From contig ML978123.1 in the NCBI GenBank assembly GCA_010015805.1, forward strand, positions 1,922,001 to 1,986,000: a DNA stretch of 64,000 nt. Direction: 5' to 3'. Position 1 is the first letter of the stretch. Each line of letters begins with the position of its first letter. Shown one piece after another: positions 1-13,356 of the stretch. This DNA is from Rhizodiscina lignyota. Taxonomy: Eukaryota. Below the pieces are notes generated by a model that did not search any database, had not been told where the DNA came from, and was given only the letters and a program-made list of their open reading frames with translations. Both the position numbers and the translations under genes were made by a program.

Positions 1-1071
1 ACGCGTGTCATCGTCGCGTGGCCTGGACACGTGCGGTCGAGGAGTGCTTCTGCTCAGTCAGACAGCACATGGGATGACAATTCTTCTCCGAGACGTGTGA
101 TTAGGCCTACTCAGAATCGCATCGTGTCGAGTCCACCTGCGATGGAAGCAAGATCGATATCGCCATCGCCGACTCCCGTGAATCGCTCCAACGCGTCCGC
201 CCTAGAGACCTTCAATGCGGCTCTTGATAGCAATGAGGCTCCCAGAGACCAGCCAATCGCGATATACGAGGATTCATGTTCTGATCCAGAGGTTGCAGAG
301 GCCGACCGTCACGGAGGCGTGGAGTCGAGCCATGATCATGTGAAGAGCTCGCCTTCCAGCAGTCACTCGAGTGACGATCTCTCCGAGCATGATGAGGAGA
401 ATGATCCGATCGTGCATTCATTCGGTCCTTTCGGTGAGAACATTATTCCTCGGCTGGAGTCTTTCTCGACGTCTGCTTCTATTCCGCCCCAGCGTCGTCG
501 TGAGCCACTACAGGCAACTGGCAACTCCCCGCAGAAGCCTACGAGCACCGAAACTGCTCCCCGTCTCTCTTCACCTGGCCTTGGAGTTGGCCCCACTAGA
601 TATCCCCCGCCCAAGAGGAGTTTTGACGAGAGCCCTGTGCGCAACCACGTCATCAACCAGCTGGCCTTCTCTCGTGTTCACGCTATCCCGTTGTCGACCA
701 TCTTAGGAACCCTGCCGGCAGAACTCAAAGGTGTCGACGCGTCTTCAGCCACCTTTCACCCCAAGTCGCCGGCCGCTACCACGCTCACCAGCTCCGTGCT
801 GAAGAACATCCTTGACGGGATCCCATGCGTTGGCGAGATCACTCGAGAGGGGAAGGATGCTGCTGGAAAGCCGCTTGAGAACGAGTACTACTATGTGCCA
901 GAGATGGATGCTGACAGCATGCGTCGCGAAACTGTGGAAGGTAGTCGAGGTGGTGGGCTTCGCTCTGTTCGAAAGAACCACAAGGTATGATCATTGTTTT
1001 GGCTGTGATCAAAACATAAGCAGTTGTTAACGTTGCCGCAGCAATACTTCTGGAAGCGTCCGCGCCACTAG
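1..1071 (+). CDS. TOS4: Tos4/Plm2-like transcription regulator, 5'-partial (exons <1..984, 1042..1071)
   Basis: Frame open from base 1; C-terminal block NHVINQLAFSR...CVGEITREGKDAAGKPLENEYYY...GLRSVRKNHK|QYFWKRP is typical of Tos4/Plm2; GT-AG intron 985..1041 restores QYFWKRPRH*. Confidence 0.8.
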
Positions 1072-1710
1072 GCTGTGTTTGACTTGCTGTCACTCGCAGA
1101 ACTCGGACTGCTAACACTCGACTCGGCATACCTCGAACGGATAACACGTCTCCAACTCTGGAGCCATGGACTACTCTCACAACCCGGTTTTCTTCTTTAC
1201 CTTTACTGTACTTGTTCACTTTCTTAACACACGACGACCACCAAACATGGTGTACCTCCAGGCATGGAGTCAGGTACGGATTTGGATACGTGTATCCGCC
1301 CCTCATCTCCCTCCACCCCGTTTGATGTTATTGGTGCGCATGGCATTGGACACGGCTCCTTCACGACGATCTTGGATTTCTCAGCGTCTCTTGTTTTCCC
1401 CGCATCTGCAATTGCATAGCGCAAGGTGTCTTTGAAAAGCATTTCCCAGCACTTCTCCTGTACCCCATTATACCCTTTCCCAATCTTGGTTTACACCCTT
1501 GGTCTTTGCTGTTGTTCATCCCCTTTGGCATTTGCAAGGCGTCAGGTGCACGTACTCACTGCGGTCTTTTGTCCTTCACATCGGTTTTTAAGACGGATCT
1601 TACTTCTTCTTGGACAGGGATTTTTCGCTTTGCGACTTGTTTGAATAGAGATGCTGCGCTTAGCGCTGTCATCTCTGTTACAAAGTTCGCATACGCCCGA
1701 TTCTGTCACC

Positions 1711-1738
1711 ATAGGATATGATAGGATAGGATAGGATA
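1711..1738. repeat. (ATAGG)n pentanucleotide microsatellite
   Basis: ataggatatg ataggatagg ataggata read directly. Confidence 0.7.
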
Positions 1739-2076
1739 CGTACTGGCAGCAACGTGCGCCGAATTCGGAATAGCAAATGTTCCAACTCTCTACTACTGGT
1801 TTTCACTCGTCAGTTTGCAGGTGTTTGATGGTGCGGATGATGTGGATGGCGATCGGAGAACTCTGGCGGACTTCAATGTTCCGCGATATGTGACAGACGA
1901 CGTGAATCACTGCATCGGAAATAGTAGAGTAAAACTTGCTAGACAATGTCCATAGACAAATGTCATTTGCTGTGAAAATGTCTAGGTCCACGATTGCAAA
2001 TCAAAGTATGCCATCCACAACCATATTGATCCTGTCTTCGACCCCCATCCTCTACGCCATGAATCTCGAACACCGT

Positions 2077-2702
<626 letters not shown>

Positions 2703-3097
2703 GTTTGCGACTTCGTGACAGGTTACTCGACTGGAGTGATAGCGGGATGTTCAAGAGTTGATGTTCAAATCGCCGCGAGTGGTGCGGTCGGTGAAAAGAA
2801 TTTCCTGATTCCGTGGCAAATGCCAAGACTTTGACGCCACCAAGCCCTCGAGGTTCAATGCATGGTGAGTCAACTCTTGATGCTTCTAGAAGAATTCGAT
2901 ATACTGTTTTCCGTTCAAAATTTCAAACTAGACGTGATGCTAGCGCCACTTCCACCAGAAGAATAAGTCTTTCGCAGAAAGACCACACTAAAGAGTATCA
3001 TAGCCCGCCAGGATCGAAAGTCATTCTTCCGCCGGTAGCTCAAGACGCACGAGATTTCCGTCAGATGCTGCGCAGGATTCATACATTTACTCAAACC

Positions 3098-4887
3098 CTA
3101 CTCTACTTCTTGCTCTTTGTTCCAAGCCCGTAATTTCATCTCTGTGCGGAAGACATCTTTGATCAGCCTCTCTACGGAGATCCCAATTAACTTTGCGACT
3201 GCGTCTGCAAAGACTTTGCTATGCTCTGTGAGGTCCTCCACTCGCCTCCATTGCTTGTAATACGAGCCCGGACGGTTCACTGTCGCCCTCTCATCGAGAA
3301 TCTCCTCATCTAGTACCGCCTCTTGGACCTTCAGAGAAGTCATCGCCGCCTGCAGCTTTCCAGTAACTTCGTCACGCCCCTGTGCCTGACTAGTCCCAGC
3401 TGCAGAAGAGCGGCTTCTCGTAGTACTAGAACTGAATGCTGCTCCTGTAATTTTCCGATCGACGGGAAACATGGCGAGCATTTCCTTCCGAAATTCGGCG
3501 TCCTTTTCAAATCCGCTAATTTCATCGCTCGCCCATGTATGCCCATACCAGTCCAAGTACTGGTCCATTTCATCTCTTGACATGCTCATGATGTCCGATT
3601 CCTTGAGTGCCATCGCGTCCGCGAATCCAAAATGCTTCCTTGCGTGTTCTTTCTCTTTTTTGCCTTTTGGCTGCTGTGACATGATCGCCGCCCATTTGCT
3701 CCAGTCTACAGCTAGCGCAGCTGGCTCGTTAGTGGACCTGGGTGTCCGGGTGCTGCTATCGAATGGATAATAGAGCTTCGTTGCAATCACAATAAGTGAA
3801 GCAAGCTGATCCAGAGGGAGTTCAAGTCTCTTTGCTCGGTGTGACTGTTCCAGATGTGGAAAGGTAAACTTGTAGTCCAGCAGCCGAGAAAGCCTCGAAA
3901 CACCAACATAGACATCTAGGGGCAACGCCAATTCCTTGACGCATCTAATATTGACCATCGGGAAATTGAGAGGCGGCCATACTATTCCAGTTTTCTGTGA
4001 CATGTGCAGCGCGAGGTCGGTGATAGCGTTCTGAAGTTTATCTGGCTGGAGGATGACCTGCGGCTCCAGCGCGACTTTGTACTGAGGTGACAGGCGTACT
4101 CTCATGTCAGCTGGGATTGACTTCCAAGATGCGTGATACAACAACAACCCGTTTGCAGCCCAGGAGTAGATGTCCCCCGGTAGCACAGGCAGTCGGAGAA
4201 GCAAAGAAGCGAGGTAGCAGAAAGCCAGTGTGTCAATGAGATGTGGGAACTTCTTCGCTTTCGAGGACCTAGTCATCGGTCCCTTTTGAGGTTCTTCGGT
4301 CTCTGTTGTACTCGGATCTTCAGACTGAGAGCTGAAGAGCTGCGATTGACTCTCGCTGTCGGACGCGAGAGGCGTCTCATCTGTGCTGCCTTTGAGATGC
4401 GGAAGGCGGAGTGTCCATAGATCCTTTATGACTATCTGCGTCTCGATTAGATGGTGTATACTAGAAGTGTCCGCAGGAAGTTACCTCGATCTCGGCAGGG
4501 AAATCCTTGGAGTTTATGAGCCAGTTGCATTGTTTCCGCAGAATCAACTGGTAGCAAAGGAGATATAACTCAAAACCTGCTCGGCCCTTGATTTCTGCAA
4601 ATTCGTCAGGGACATTCACGAATCATAAAGATTGTCCTGCTGGAGCTCTTACGCCGCCCAAGCTTCTCCGTGGACGCCTCACTGGCGCTCTCAGTCCGAG
4701 ACTTGGCTCCTCGCTCTGAGGCACCATACTGGGCGTCCTCATCTTCCTCCCCATGCACTCGAATATGTGCTTGGAAGTGCCCGTTGTCACACTCGTAGAA
4801 CCCATTATCAGCTATACGGTAGTGGGTTCTGCCGCAATTCTCAAAGTCGCAGGGATCCCCTCGGATGGGATAATCCTCGCTAACCAT
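3098..4887 (-). CDS. RRN7: RNA polymerase I initiation factor Rrn7 (TAF1B) homologue, intron-containing
   Basis: N-terminal zinc ribbon (PCDFENCGRTHY...FYECDNGH) and downstream FPHLIDTLAFCYLASLLLRLPVLPGDIYSW and IVIATKLYYPFD blocks typical of fungal Rrn7. Confidence 0.8.
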
Positions 4888-5617
4888 TGCGATTGAGAGT
4901 TTAGAAGAAAGGTTGGGGGTTTTTCCGCTGCTTGTAAAATTCGCTTTCAAGTGGGCGACGTCTTCAACGGCCACTTTCTACCAACGTACGTGGAAAACTC
5001 CTGCGTTGATGTTGTTGTGGTCTCATTAATGCAAGATTGTCGCAGGCGCTTTCGTTTAACAATAAGAAAACGTTGATAGATCTCCATTGGTGGCATTTGC
5101 TCGTTATTGGAACGTGGATAGTGCTAATGGCGCCTCCGTGTAGGTGTCAACTAGTCACGAAGAGGCTCTGGGCTGTGGTTCGACATTGAAAATGCACCTA
5201 AAACATAACAAAAAAGCGTAAGTAATCGATCCTGCTGGCTTGATCAGAACCAACAGGTTTGTATTGGTGCCTTCTTGGGCGTTGACACAAGCTTGAAGAA
5301 TTTTAGAGAGTAGTATGCTGGTAAGAGACCGAGTTTATTCTAGTCTTGGCATTCCCTATAAAACATCCGCAAAAGGCTTTTGCATGGGTTACGCCCACGA
5401 CAAGATGATATATAGCTTTGGACCCAGAGGTTATCCCCAACCCAAAAGTTGTCGCTGGGGAAAACTTCCCAAGACAGCACCTATCACCCATGCCACCAAT
5501 CAAGTTCATTGCCATGCCGTGAGGAACGTTAGTCTCATATCCGTCATACCCTGTGTCAACACCCCCCATGTTTTGTCTTCGTAAAATGAGTGCTGCCTTG
5601 TGTGGAAGCTTGATGGT

Positions 5618-6362
5618 CTAACCACGAGGAGCCTCCTTGGCGTCGATGGCGGCCTCTTCGCCCATGGCAGTAAGGACGATGACGTCTAATTGCAGTGGTA
5701 AGCCATTTTGAATTGGGGGTGAAGTTATCATAAGTCCTTACTAGTGTCTTTGCCGTCCTCAGTGAAGAGCTTCTTGATCTTGTCACCAACTTCGCCATCG
5801 GGGACCTTAACATCATCCTTAGTGGAGCCATCGTCAGACATCAGGGAAAGGAATCCATCATCGGTGACATCGAGCTGTAACCCATCAGCGAAGCATGCAC
5901 TTCAATTTTCCTTGCTTATTGCCACTCACAAGCTGGTATTCCTGGCGACGGACGTTGGGAACGTCCATATTGTGGGTGGACGGGCAGAGATCTTCAAGCT
6001 TCTTCTGAGTGAAGATGTCGATGGCGACAAGATGGACCTTGGCGTGGCCGTGCTTGCCAGTCTTGGAGGTGGACATTTCGACGATCTTGCAAGGGCGGTT
6101 CTTGATCACGACGAAGCCGTTCTTCCTAAGAGCAGAGCACTGCATAGGATAAGTGGCCGAGGCACCGGCATCGGCGCTCTCGAAGGTGTGCTCATGCTGT
6201 TAAAGCATTATCAGTAAGATGTGTGCACGTTTGGGGGAGCACTTGGACGCGAAGTGCTGAAAGTGCGCGCGACACATGCAGCATGCAGTAATGGCTGAAA
6301 TGCGTGTGGGAGGGGCATCAAAAGGACTCGAGGAGACTCACCTGCGCATCGTTGTCGGCCAT
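5618..6362 (-). CDS. eIF5A: Translation factor eIF5A
   Basis: Hypusine motif [14 protein letters not shown]; start MADNDAQ at 6362; ends KEAPRG* at 5618; 3 introns. Confidence 0.97.
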
Positions 6363-6696
6363 TTTGAAGGGAGGAGTGTTGTTGACTTGCGACTAGATGC
6401 GAGGAAGAGGCGACAAGGTCGGCTGAACGAGCAGGCAAGAAATTTGAGGACGAGGGTGGACTGAGGAAGCGGTTGGTCGGGTGTGGGCAGGGCGTTCTCG
6501 AAAAAGCGAAAAGGATGGGCCACACCCCGCTGCAGTTGTCCTAATCCTCATTGGGATTTGTGGTATAGGCAGATAGTTTATCCGTGCCGGCCATATGAAG
6601 CTCAGCTGCAAGAGAGATGAGACGAGAGAGTCGGACTCGACTTCTGAACCGATTGTTCCTCTTACAAATCGAAGATGCGATAAAGCCGCTTACACC

Positions 6697-8832
6697 ATGT
6701 GGCTCGACCGCTTTTCCCAGCAATCTAGCCCATCGGGCACGCCTCCTCCCCAAGGCCGAGCATCTCCTGCACCTCGAAGACAACCTTATGGCCCTGGCCC
6801 TCTTCCCCCAAGGCCTTCCTTTGGCCCTAGATCATCGTCTCTTTCTCTCGCCTCTACTCCGTCTACCACTAGTCTCGTCGGAACGGCACGCGTCCCCAAT
6901 GGATCAGCTCTAAAGAATGAGCTCTACAGTGCTCCACCTCCTGGTCTCGACGATCCCCTTTCTGTACTTCATAATATATTGGGCGCGCCGCCCCGGAAAC
7001 CACGGAGAGTCTCCGAGCCAGAGGGCCATGTTAGCAAGCCTGCAGAGGTCATCGAAGATATTGACTTTGGTGGTGTAAGTCTGGAGGCATTTGCTGGGGA
7101 CGATCGCAATGGGAACTCCCCTGCTATAAGCTCTCGAGCGCAACCTGTACAACCTGTTGAGGAATGTATGTAAGTCGAGGTAGTTCGATGGTTTCTGCGA
7201 ACTGCATTTGACGTGCCATGCAGATGACAAGGAGAAGGATAAATTCGATGATCTCCATCGTTCCATCCTGGTGAGCTGGCTAACCCTATATCGCATTCAT
7301 ATTTGCTGACCGTATGACTGAAGGCTTGCGATGAAGTGCTCAAATCAGTTGAGACATATCTCACAGGTTTTCAAGCCGACCTTGGTGCAGTGTCCGCAGA
7401 GATCGAAACTCTACAGTCTCGTTCCATGGCGCTTAATACCAAGCTAGAGAATCGCAGAGTGGTTGAGAAGCTGCTTGGGCCCTCTGTCGAGGAGTTCAGT
7501 CTTTCGCCTGCATTAGTCCGCAAGATCTCAGAAGGTCCCATTGATGAGGGCTGGATCCGAGCTCTTGCGGATCTGGAGAAGCGTTCAAAAGTCATTAATG
7601 GGAAGAGCGATGATAGAGATATCAAAGCCGTCTCAGACCTCAAACCACTCCTCAAAGACTTGAATGACAGAGCCGTTGAGAGAATACGAGACTACATTGT
7701 CGCGCAGATCAAGGCAATACGGTCCCCCAGCATCAATGCTCAGATTATCCAGCAACAAAACCTCCTTAGATACAAGGACCTTTACGCCTTTATGGCTCGA
7801 CATCAACCTCAACTAGCTGAACAGATTGTTCAAGCTTACGTCAACACGATGCGCTGGTATTATTTGAGCAATTTCACCCGATATCACCAAGCACTTGAGA
7901 AACTCAAAATTCACATCATTGAGAAGACAGAGGTCCTAGGGTCAGTGGAAGACGCCTCTTCAAGCAGAGGTCCTCTTCGCAGCGGTGCTGCGAGACCTGG
8001 CGCACCTCCACATGATACCTTCTCTCTTGGTCGACGAAGTGACATGCTCAAAAGTCCATCTTTAGCGGCGCTACCATCGAGTGTTGCGGAGGAAGACAAG
8101 TCTGCGCATTATCTCGAGACTCCTTTCCGCGCTTTTAACCTTGCTCTGTTGGATAACGCATCGTTCGAGTATACCTTCCTGACTGGGTTCTTCACTCCTA
8201 CGCAATCGTACCACGCAATCTCCAGGACATTCAACTCTATTTTCGAACCCACATTTACATTGGGCCAAAGCCTAACCAGACAGCTTGTTGAACAGACAAA
8301 TGATGGACTAGGAATACTCCTCTGTGTACGCCTTAATCAACAGTTCGCCTTTGAACTTCAACGCCGGAAAGTGCCTGCCGTAGAAAGCTACATCAACGCA
8401 ACTAATATGCTGCTATGGCCACGTTTCCAAATAGTCATCGATGCGCACTGCGACTCCCTACGCAAAGCTACCGCATCTTTACCAAGCCGACCTGGCGTGG
8501 CGTCTGCGATCTTGAACTCTTCTGCCGCACCATCACAAAGCACCGCTCCGCATCCGTTGACGCAACGTTTTGCTACCTTTGTGGCTGGCATTCTGACACT
8601 GAGCTCGGAAACTGGTGACGATGAGCCTGTCGCAAATAGCTTGACCCGCCTCCGAAACGACTTCGAGGCCTTCTTGACCAAGATGAGCAAGGCTGTTGCA
8701 GCGGATAAGAGGAAGCAACAGAGATTTCTGGACAATAACTGGAGCTTAATTGGAACGATTTTGGAAGGAATTCCAGGACGGTTGGCAGGAGAAGTTCGCG
8801 ATCATTTCGCGGGATTGCAAGTAGAAGAGTAG
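6697..8832 (+). CDS. VPS52: GARP complex subunit Vps52/Sac2
   Basis: MWLDRFS start; LKSVETYLTGFQADLGAVSAEIETLQSRS...YVNTMRWYY...MLLWPRFQ motifs; 2 introns near 7166-7323. Confidence 0.92.
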
Positions 8833-9088
8833 TGATTCCTCGGGTTTTGCAGCGAGCGACAGCCAAGCTTAATTATGGGTCATGATAGACAAAAGAATTC
8901 TATTACTACTTTCATGAATCCTTTGGAATTGTGCTCTAATCATTCTCGATCGCTTCTTAGTGTCTCTCTCTGGTCTATGTACAGAGTATGAGAAGCAACT
9001 GTTTCTATTCCTTCTACGCACTTCCGGAAAGCTGCGCAATTTTATTTGTCTTCCGCTGCCACGTCTACAGCTAACAGCCAGAAATCAT

Positions 9089-9982
9089 TTACGCCTTGCA
9101 ATGGTGGTGCTTGCGGCACTTCTTATGATGAGAAGATCGAGTTTCAAGGTCGACCTTTTGGGTTTCAGCGGTGTTGCCGACCTTTTCTCCATTGACCGTG
9201 GTGTCCGCAGGGGAACGCGTCTCGACGTCGACTTTGCCTATCTCTGCAGTACTACCGGCCTTGGTGCTTGGGACTGTCGCATCCACTGGAGAGCGAGTCT
9301 CCACATCAACCTTTCCAGTCTGCGCGGTGTCGCCGATCTTCTCACTTGGCACATTCGCGTCCACAGGAGAGCGCGTGCTGAACGTGGAGTCTTCTGTCTG
9401 AGCAGTATCTCCGACCTTCTCTCCGTTGACGGCCACGTCAGCAGGCGAGCGTGTCTGTACATCATTCTGTACAGCCTCGGCAGCGTTCTCAACCTTCTCC
9501 TTCACAGAACTTGCGTCCAATGCCTTGCGCGTCTGCAGAGCACTCTCTACATCTCCAGCAGTGTCCTCAACCTTCTCCTCCACAGAGCTCGCGTCCAATG
9601 CCTTGCGCGTCTGTAGAGCACCCTCTACATCTTCAGCAGTGTTCTCAACCTTCTCCTCCACAGAGCTTGCGTCTAATGCCTCGCGTTCCTGAATGGTGGT
9701 GCCTCCAACGTTCGCCGTGTTGCCGACTTTACTCGCGGGGACATTGACATCCACGGGTGAGCGTTCATCAATGGCGATGTCCTTAGTGTTTGCGGTATTG
9801 CCGAGATTTAAGCTGGGGAGGGTGATGCGGAACGGAGACCGAGTGTGCATCTTGAACTTGCCGCCTTTGGGGCCATCCTCGGACAGATCAAAGGGCGATG
9901 CAGTGCGCTTGACATAATCAGGAGAGGGAGTCGGTAAGGCGAGGGCGGCCGCTGAGAATGCTAGGACAGACAAGATGTGCAT
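9089..9982 (-). CDS. Secreted tandem-repeat protein, probable Kex2-processed peptide precursor (KEP-like), 297 aa
   Basis: Signal peptide MHILSVLAFSAAALA-LP, KR at aa 25-26, nine 26-aa repeats each ending in ER/TR and starting SP/EA/KA; intronless ORF with good start context (accaccATG). Confidence 0.85.
   Translation of the reverse strand: MHILSVLAFSAAALALPTPSPDYVKRTASPFDLSEDGPKGGKFKMHTRSPFRITLPSLNLGNTANTKDIAIDERSPVDVNVPASKVGNTANVGGTTIQEREALDASSVEEKVENTAEDVEGALQTRKALDASSVEEKVEDTAGDVESALQTRKALDASSVKEKVENAAEAVQNDVQTRSPADVAVNGEKVGDTAQTEDSTFSTRSPVDANVPSEKIGDTAQTGKVDVETRSPVDATVPSTKAGSTAEIGKVDVETRSPADTTVNGEKVGNTAETQKVDLETRSSHHKKCRKHHHCKA
9137..9838 (-). repeat. 9 x 78-nt coding tandem repeat
   Basis: Units such as SPVDVNVPASKVGNTANVGGTTIQER, KALDASSVEEKVEDTAGDVESALQTR, SPADTTVNGEKVGNTAETQKVDLETR, each 26 aa. 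Confidence 0.92.
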
Positions 9983-11415
9983 GGTGGTTGTTCCTGTCGA
10001 GATGTGAGTCTGGTGCAGCTGGTCAGAATTGGACGTAGAGCATACGGTTGGTTTTTGTGAGGACTGATTAAATATTAACGGTTATAAAGATAAAGGAATG
10101 TAGTCTATAATAACAAGCGAGTGTATCGAGTGAGAATTGTAGAGGAAATAGAAGACGTGGCAGAGGAAACAGATGAAGGATGCTCCGCAGGAATGGGATG
10201 AAGAACGTAGAACAACCACGCGGAAACCTACGAACTTAAATTCAATCGAATGTTTCATGAATCGCAAATATAAATTGGGTCCATAAGAAATGACAGATTC
10301 GTGCTTGGAAAGCTTTATGTTTGTGATGTGCTGTGATGCTGCAGGAAAACACAACGACACTGGATCGCCGTGGACCATGGTGGAACTTGACCTGGGATGG
10401 AGGGACAGGAAGGGTATGTCATTTCGTAGATCTCCTACATTTGGCAGTGCTCCATCATGGAGAAGCGACTCAAGACCCACTGAGGCGCTTGCGTGATAAA
10501 CGAATATCGATAGAATCCAAAAGTTTGGGATTGGGCAGATGTCGGTAAGTCAGGGGCCCGATGTCCTTCGTGACATGCTCGAGAACTCTACCGTTGAATT
10601 CACCCTCTTAAAGATAGTTTCAACTTCGAGAACAAATGCAAATAAACATTGCTGAAGGGGAGAGAGCTTTCATCCCCATTGCATGGTAATCGGCATCTCG
10701 TTGCGCAAGTCTTCAGAAGGTTAGGGAAGGCCGGATGGGGTGGGAAGCGATTTTGTGTCCCTGACGATCACCCACATGCCAGGGGCTGGGCTTGATTGGC
10801 GTGAACGTGGTTTGCCATCCCCCTGTCCGCTTCCATCCGATCTGAATTGCGTTGTCGATCATGTTGTTGATTCATCGGCTACCGGACCAGAATATGGCTT
10901 TACGTCGCCTGCCTTCAGCCATCCACAATGATGTTTTGAAGCGGAGATACATGGGCAATGCCGCAATGCACAAGGGCGACGCCCGCAATATCTGAGACAT
11001 GACCATCCATCCTCAGAGCGCGGTCTTGATATCAATTTCTCAACGTGCTTGGCTTCAGACTATCAATCGGAGCTCTTGGCGCGCCAGACATCAGCCACCT
11101 CCATACACGTGCGAATACTTACCTTGAATCCTGGTCTCCCGCCTCGGAGACGCCTCCTGCCGCATTCCCCAGGCGGCGCCCAGTATCCACGAGGCATTCT
11201 CGTTGCAAAGCTTGTCCAAACCATGTCTCGACGGCGAGATTTGATGAGGTTGTACCTTCCGCTTATCTACTCATCGACGGATAGTGGAAAGTAAGCAATG
11301 AAGATTGACCGTGCTGGCTCCATGGTGAAATGCAAACACGTGTATATTGAACAGGCTGAGGGTATCTGTGCGGTTAAGACGCTAGAAACAATGCAGTTGA
11401 CGAGGACACCACCGC

Positions 11416-12617
11416 CTACTTGATCTTCCCAATACGCTTCTTCGCAATGTCCACTTTGCTTTGCACTCTGTCCACGTCCTGATCCACCAAGTCTGTGCTC
11501 TGGTCAGTACGATCACGAAGAATCTCACGATAAGGGAGAGATACATACCAAGCATCGTACTCTGCTCCTCTAGCTCTTGATTAATCTCGACACCCATCTC
11601 TCGCATACGCCTCACCACCTTCGCCAAATCATCCACGTCCATATCCTGCTCTTTCATAACCTGCTGTTGAAGTTGCAATACGCCTTCATTGTCCAGTTCC
11701 CTCGTACGCTCCGTCTCTTTCGCTGGGCCTCCTAGAACCCTCCCGCCTCTCCCAACTCCAGCGGCACCACCGCCAAAGAGCCCCGTCTTCGCTCCCTCCG
11801 TCGCCTGCTTGCTCTCTAGACTCTTCTCCATCGCACCCGCCAATGTACTCTTTACCGCAAGAGTATTTAGCACGCCCTCCAGCCCTTCTCTCTCCTTCCT
11901 CGCCGCACTCAGCAGGTCTCTCCGTCTCCTGATCTCTCCCTCGCCCAGCGTATTCCCACCCCAGCCATCCTCTCCTCCGCTGCTTTTACTCTGTCCCGAC
12001 AATCTCCTGAGCCCATCTTCCAGCTGGGCGATCAGCGTAGCCGCTCTTACAAGACTCTTCTTTGCACCCGCACCCGCCTCATGCTGTGTCGCGACCTCGC
12101 TGGCTCGCTCTCGACGGTTCAACGCGGTGCGGGCTTCGTGCAGTTGTGTCTTTAGTTGCGCATGCGCGTCCAACCATCCAGCCGCACTGACGATTTGGCC
12201 ACCAATACCGCCTACACCCCTGACGGATCCGAACGTCGCATTACTCCCTCCATCAGTGGCAGTGCTACTCGTCGCTCCAACGCCGAGGAAGTCGCGCCAC
12301 GCCCTACTGTTCCGCCACCGTGAATCATCTGCGTTTTCAATCTCTCTGACGTACCGCTCTAGCCCTTGTCGCCGCTCCTCTGTTAATGAGGGATTGTTGA
12401 GTGTGCTCTTGATCCATGATTTTGGAGGGAGCGGAGCCGGAGGAGCTTCGCCGGTCGTGGATATGAGGGCATGGTGGAGGGCTTCGAAGTCGGAATAGCG
12501 CTTTTGACTCGTCGATGTTCGGAGAGCACCTTTAATGGAGATGGTGTAAGAGGTATACGCCTTCCCGGTTGATGGCGATGTTGTAGTGGCGGAAGGTATG
12601 GTTATATCGAGAGGCAT
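11416..12617 (-). CDS. VAM7: PX-domain vacuolar Qc-SNARE Vam7
   Basis: N-terminal PX domain (KRYSDFEALH, PPAPLPPK, ERRQGLERY) and C-terminal SNARE motif (ETERTRELDNEGVLQLQ...EQD); terminal intron near 11490-11545 gives ...IAKKRIGKIK*. Confidence 0.9.
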
Positions 12618-13356
12618 ACTGAGAGATGGAGATGGGAAGGAGAGACGAATAAGGAGGGCCGTGGAGGTTTGTAGGTGTATTCAAACGCTCTAGTTGGTAT
12701 CGCATATGGATTTGAGGTGGTTGCTGGGGATGTACTATCCTCGAACTATGTAAAGAGCTCTGTGTTTTAAAGATTTGGATTTGAATGCTTCGATGTTGCT
12801 CAATTAAGCTGGTTCAATGGAAGTCGCTTGAGAATTCAAGTGCGGTGAGCAACAAGAGGAGTTGGCAGACTGCTTGAGTCAGGTTTGCTGGAGGCTTTGC
12901 TCGTCCCGTGCGTTGTTGCTGTTGAAGCCTGACGTCGGCGGCTGAAATCTCATTGGCCGAGCCATCATCGCGTCTGCACGTGAACTTTCTGGGGCATCGT
13001 GTTAATTTGGTATCTCCATCCAAATCATTGCTTGCTACTCAGGGAAAAGGAATATAATATGTGCACTAAACTCCTGAAAGCCGCAAAGGCTTGTTCATCT
13101 ACTTTCTGCATGCCTCCCGTTCCCAACTTAGTTTGGGATATCAAAAACGTCCACTGCTATGAGTCGGCCTTTTAAAGACCATGGTCCTGTTACCTGTTTC
13201 CTCGTAGTCTATCATGATTTGCCTAATTCAGTTTTGCCATGCCCATCCACTCCCTCATAACCTCATGATATCGCTTTCGTTACTGCGGCTGTGCTGCTGT
13301 CTTTGGACGATGCCAACGGTATACTCGCCCGGACTTGATCTCCTTCGATCGCATCG

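Noticed and set aside
11114..11125. ATACTTACCT resembling the 5' end of U1 snRNA
   Set aside because: It continues TGAATC rather than GG, and no U1 stem-loops or Sm site were recognised; it is equally a minus-strand donor-like sequence.
11689..12498. Long antisense ORFs (also 27114..27551, 38644..39669, 51424..52113)
   Set aside because: Shadows of real genes (VAM7, GBP2-like, MAD1, CIC1) produced by codon bias.
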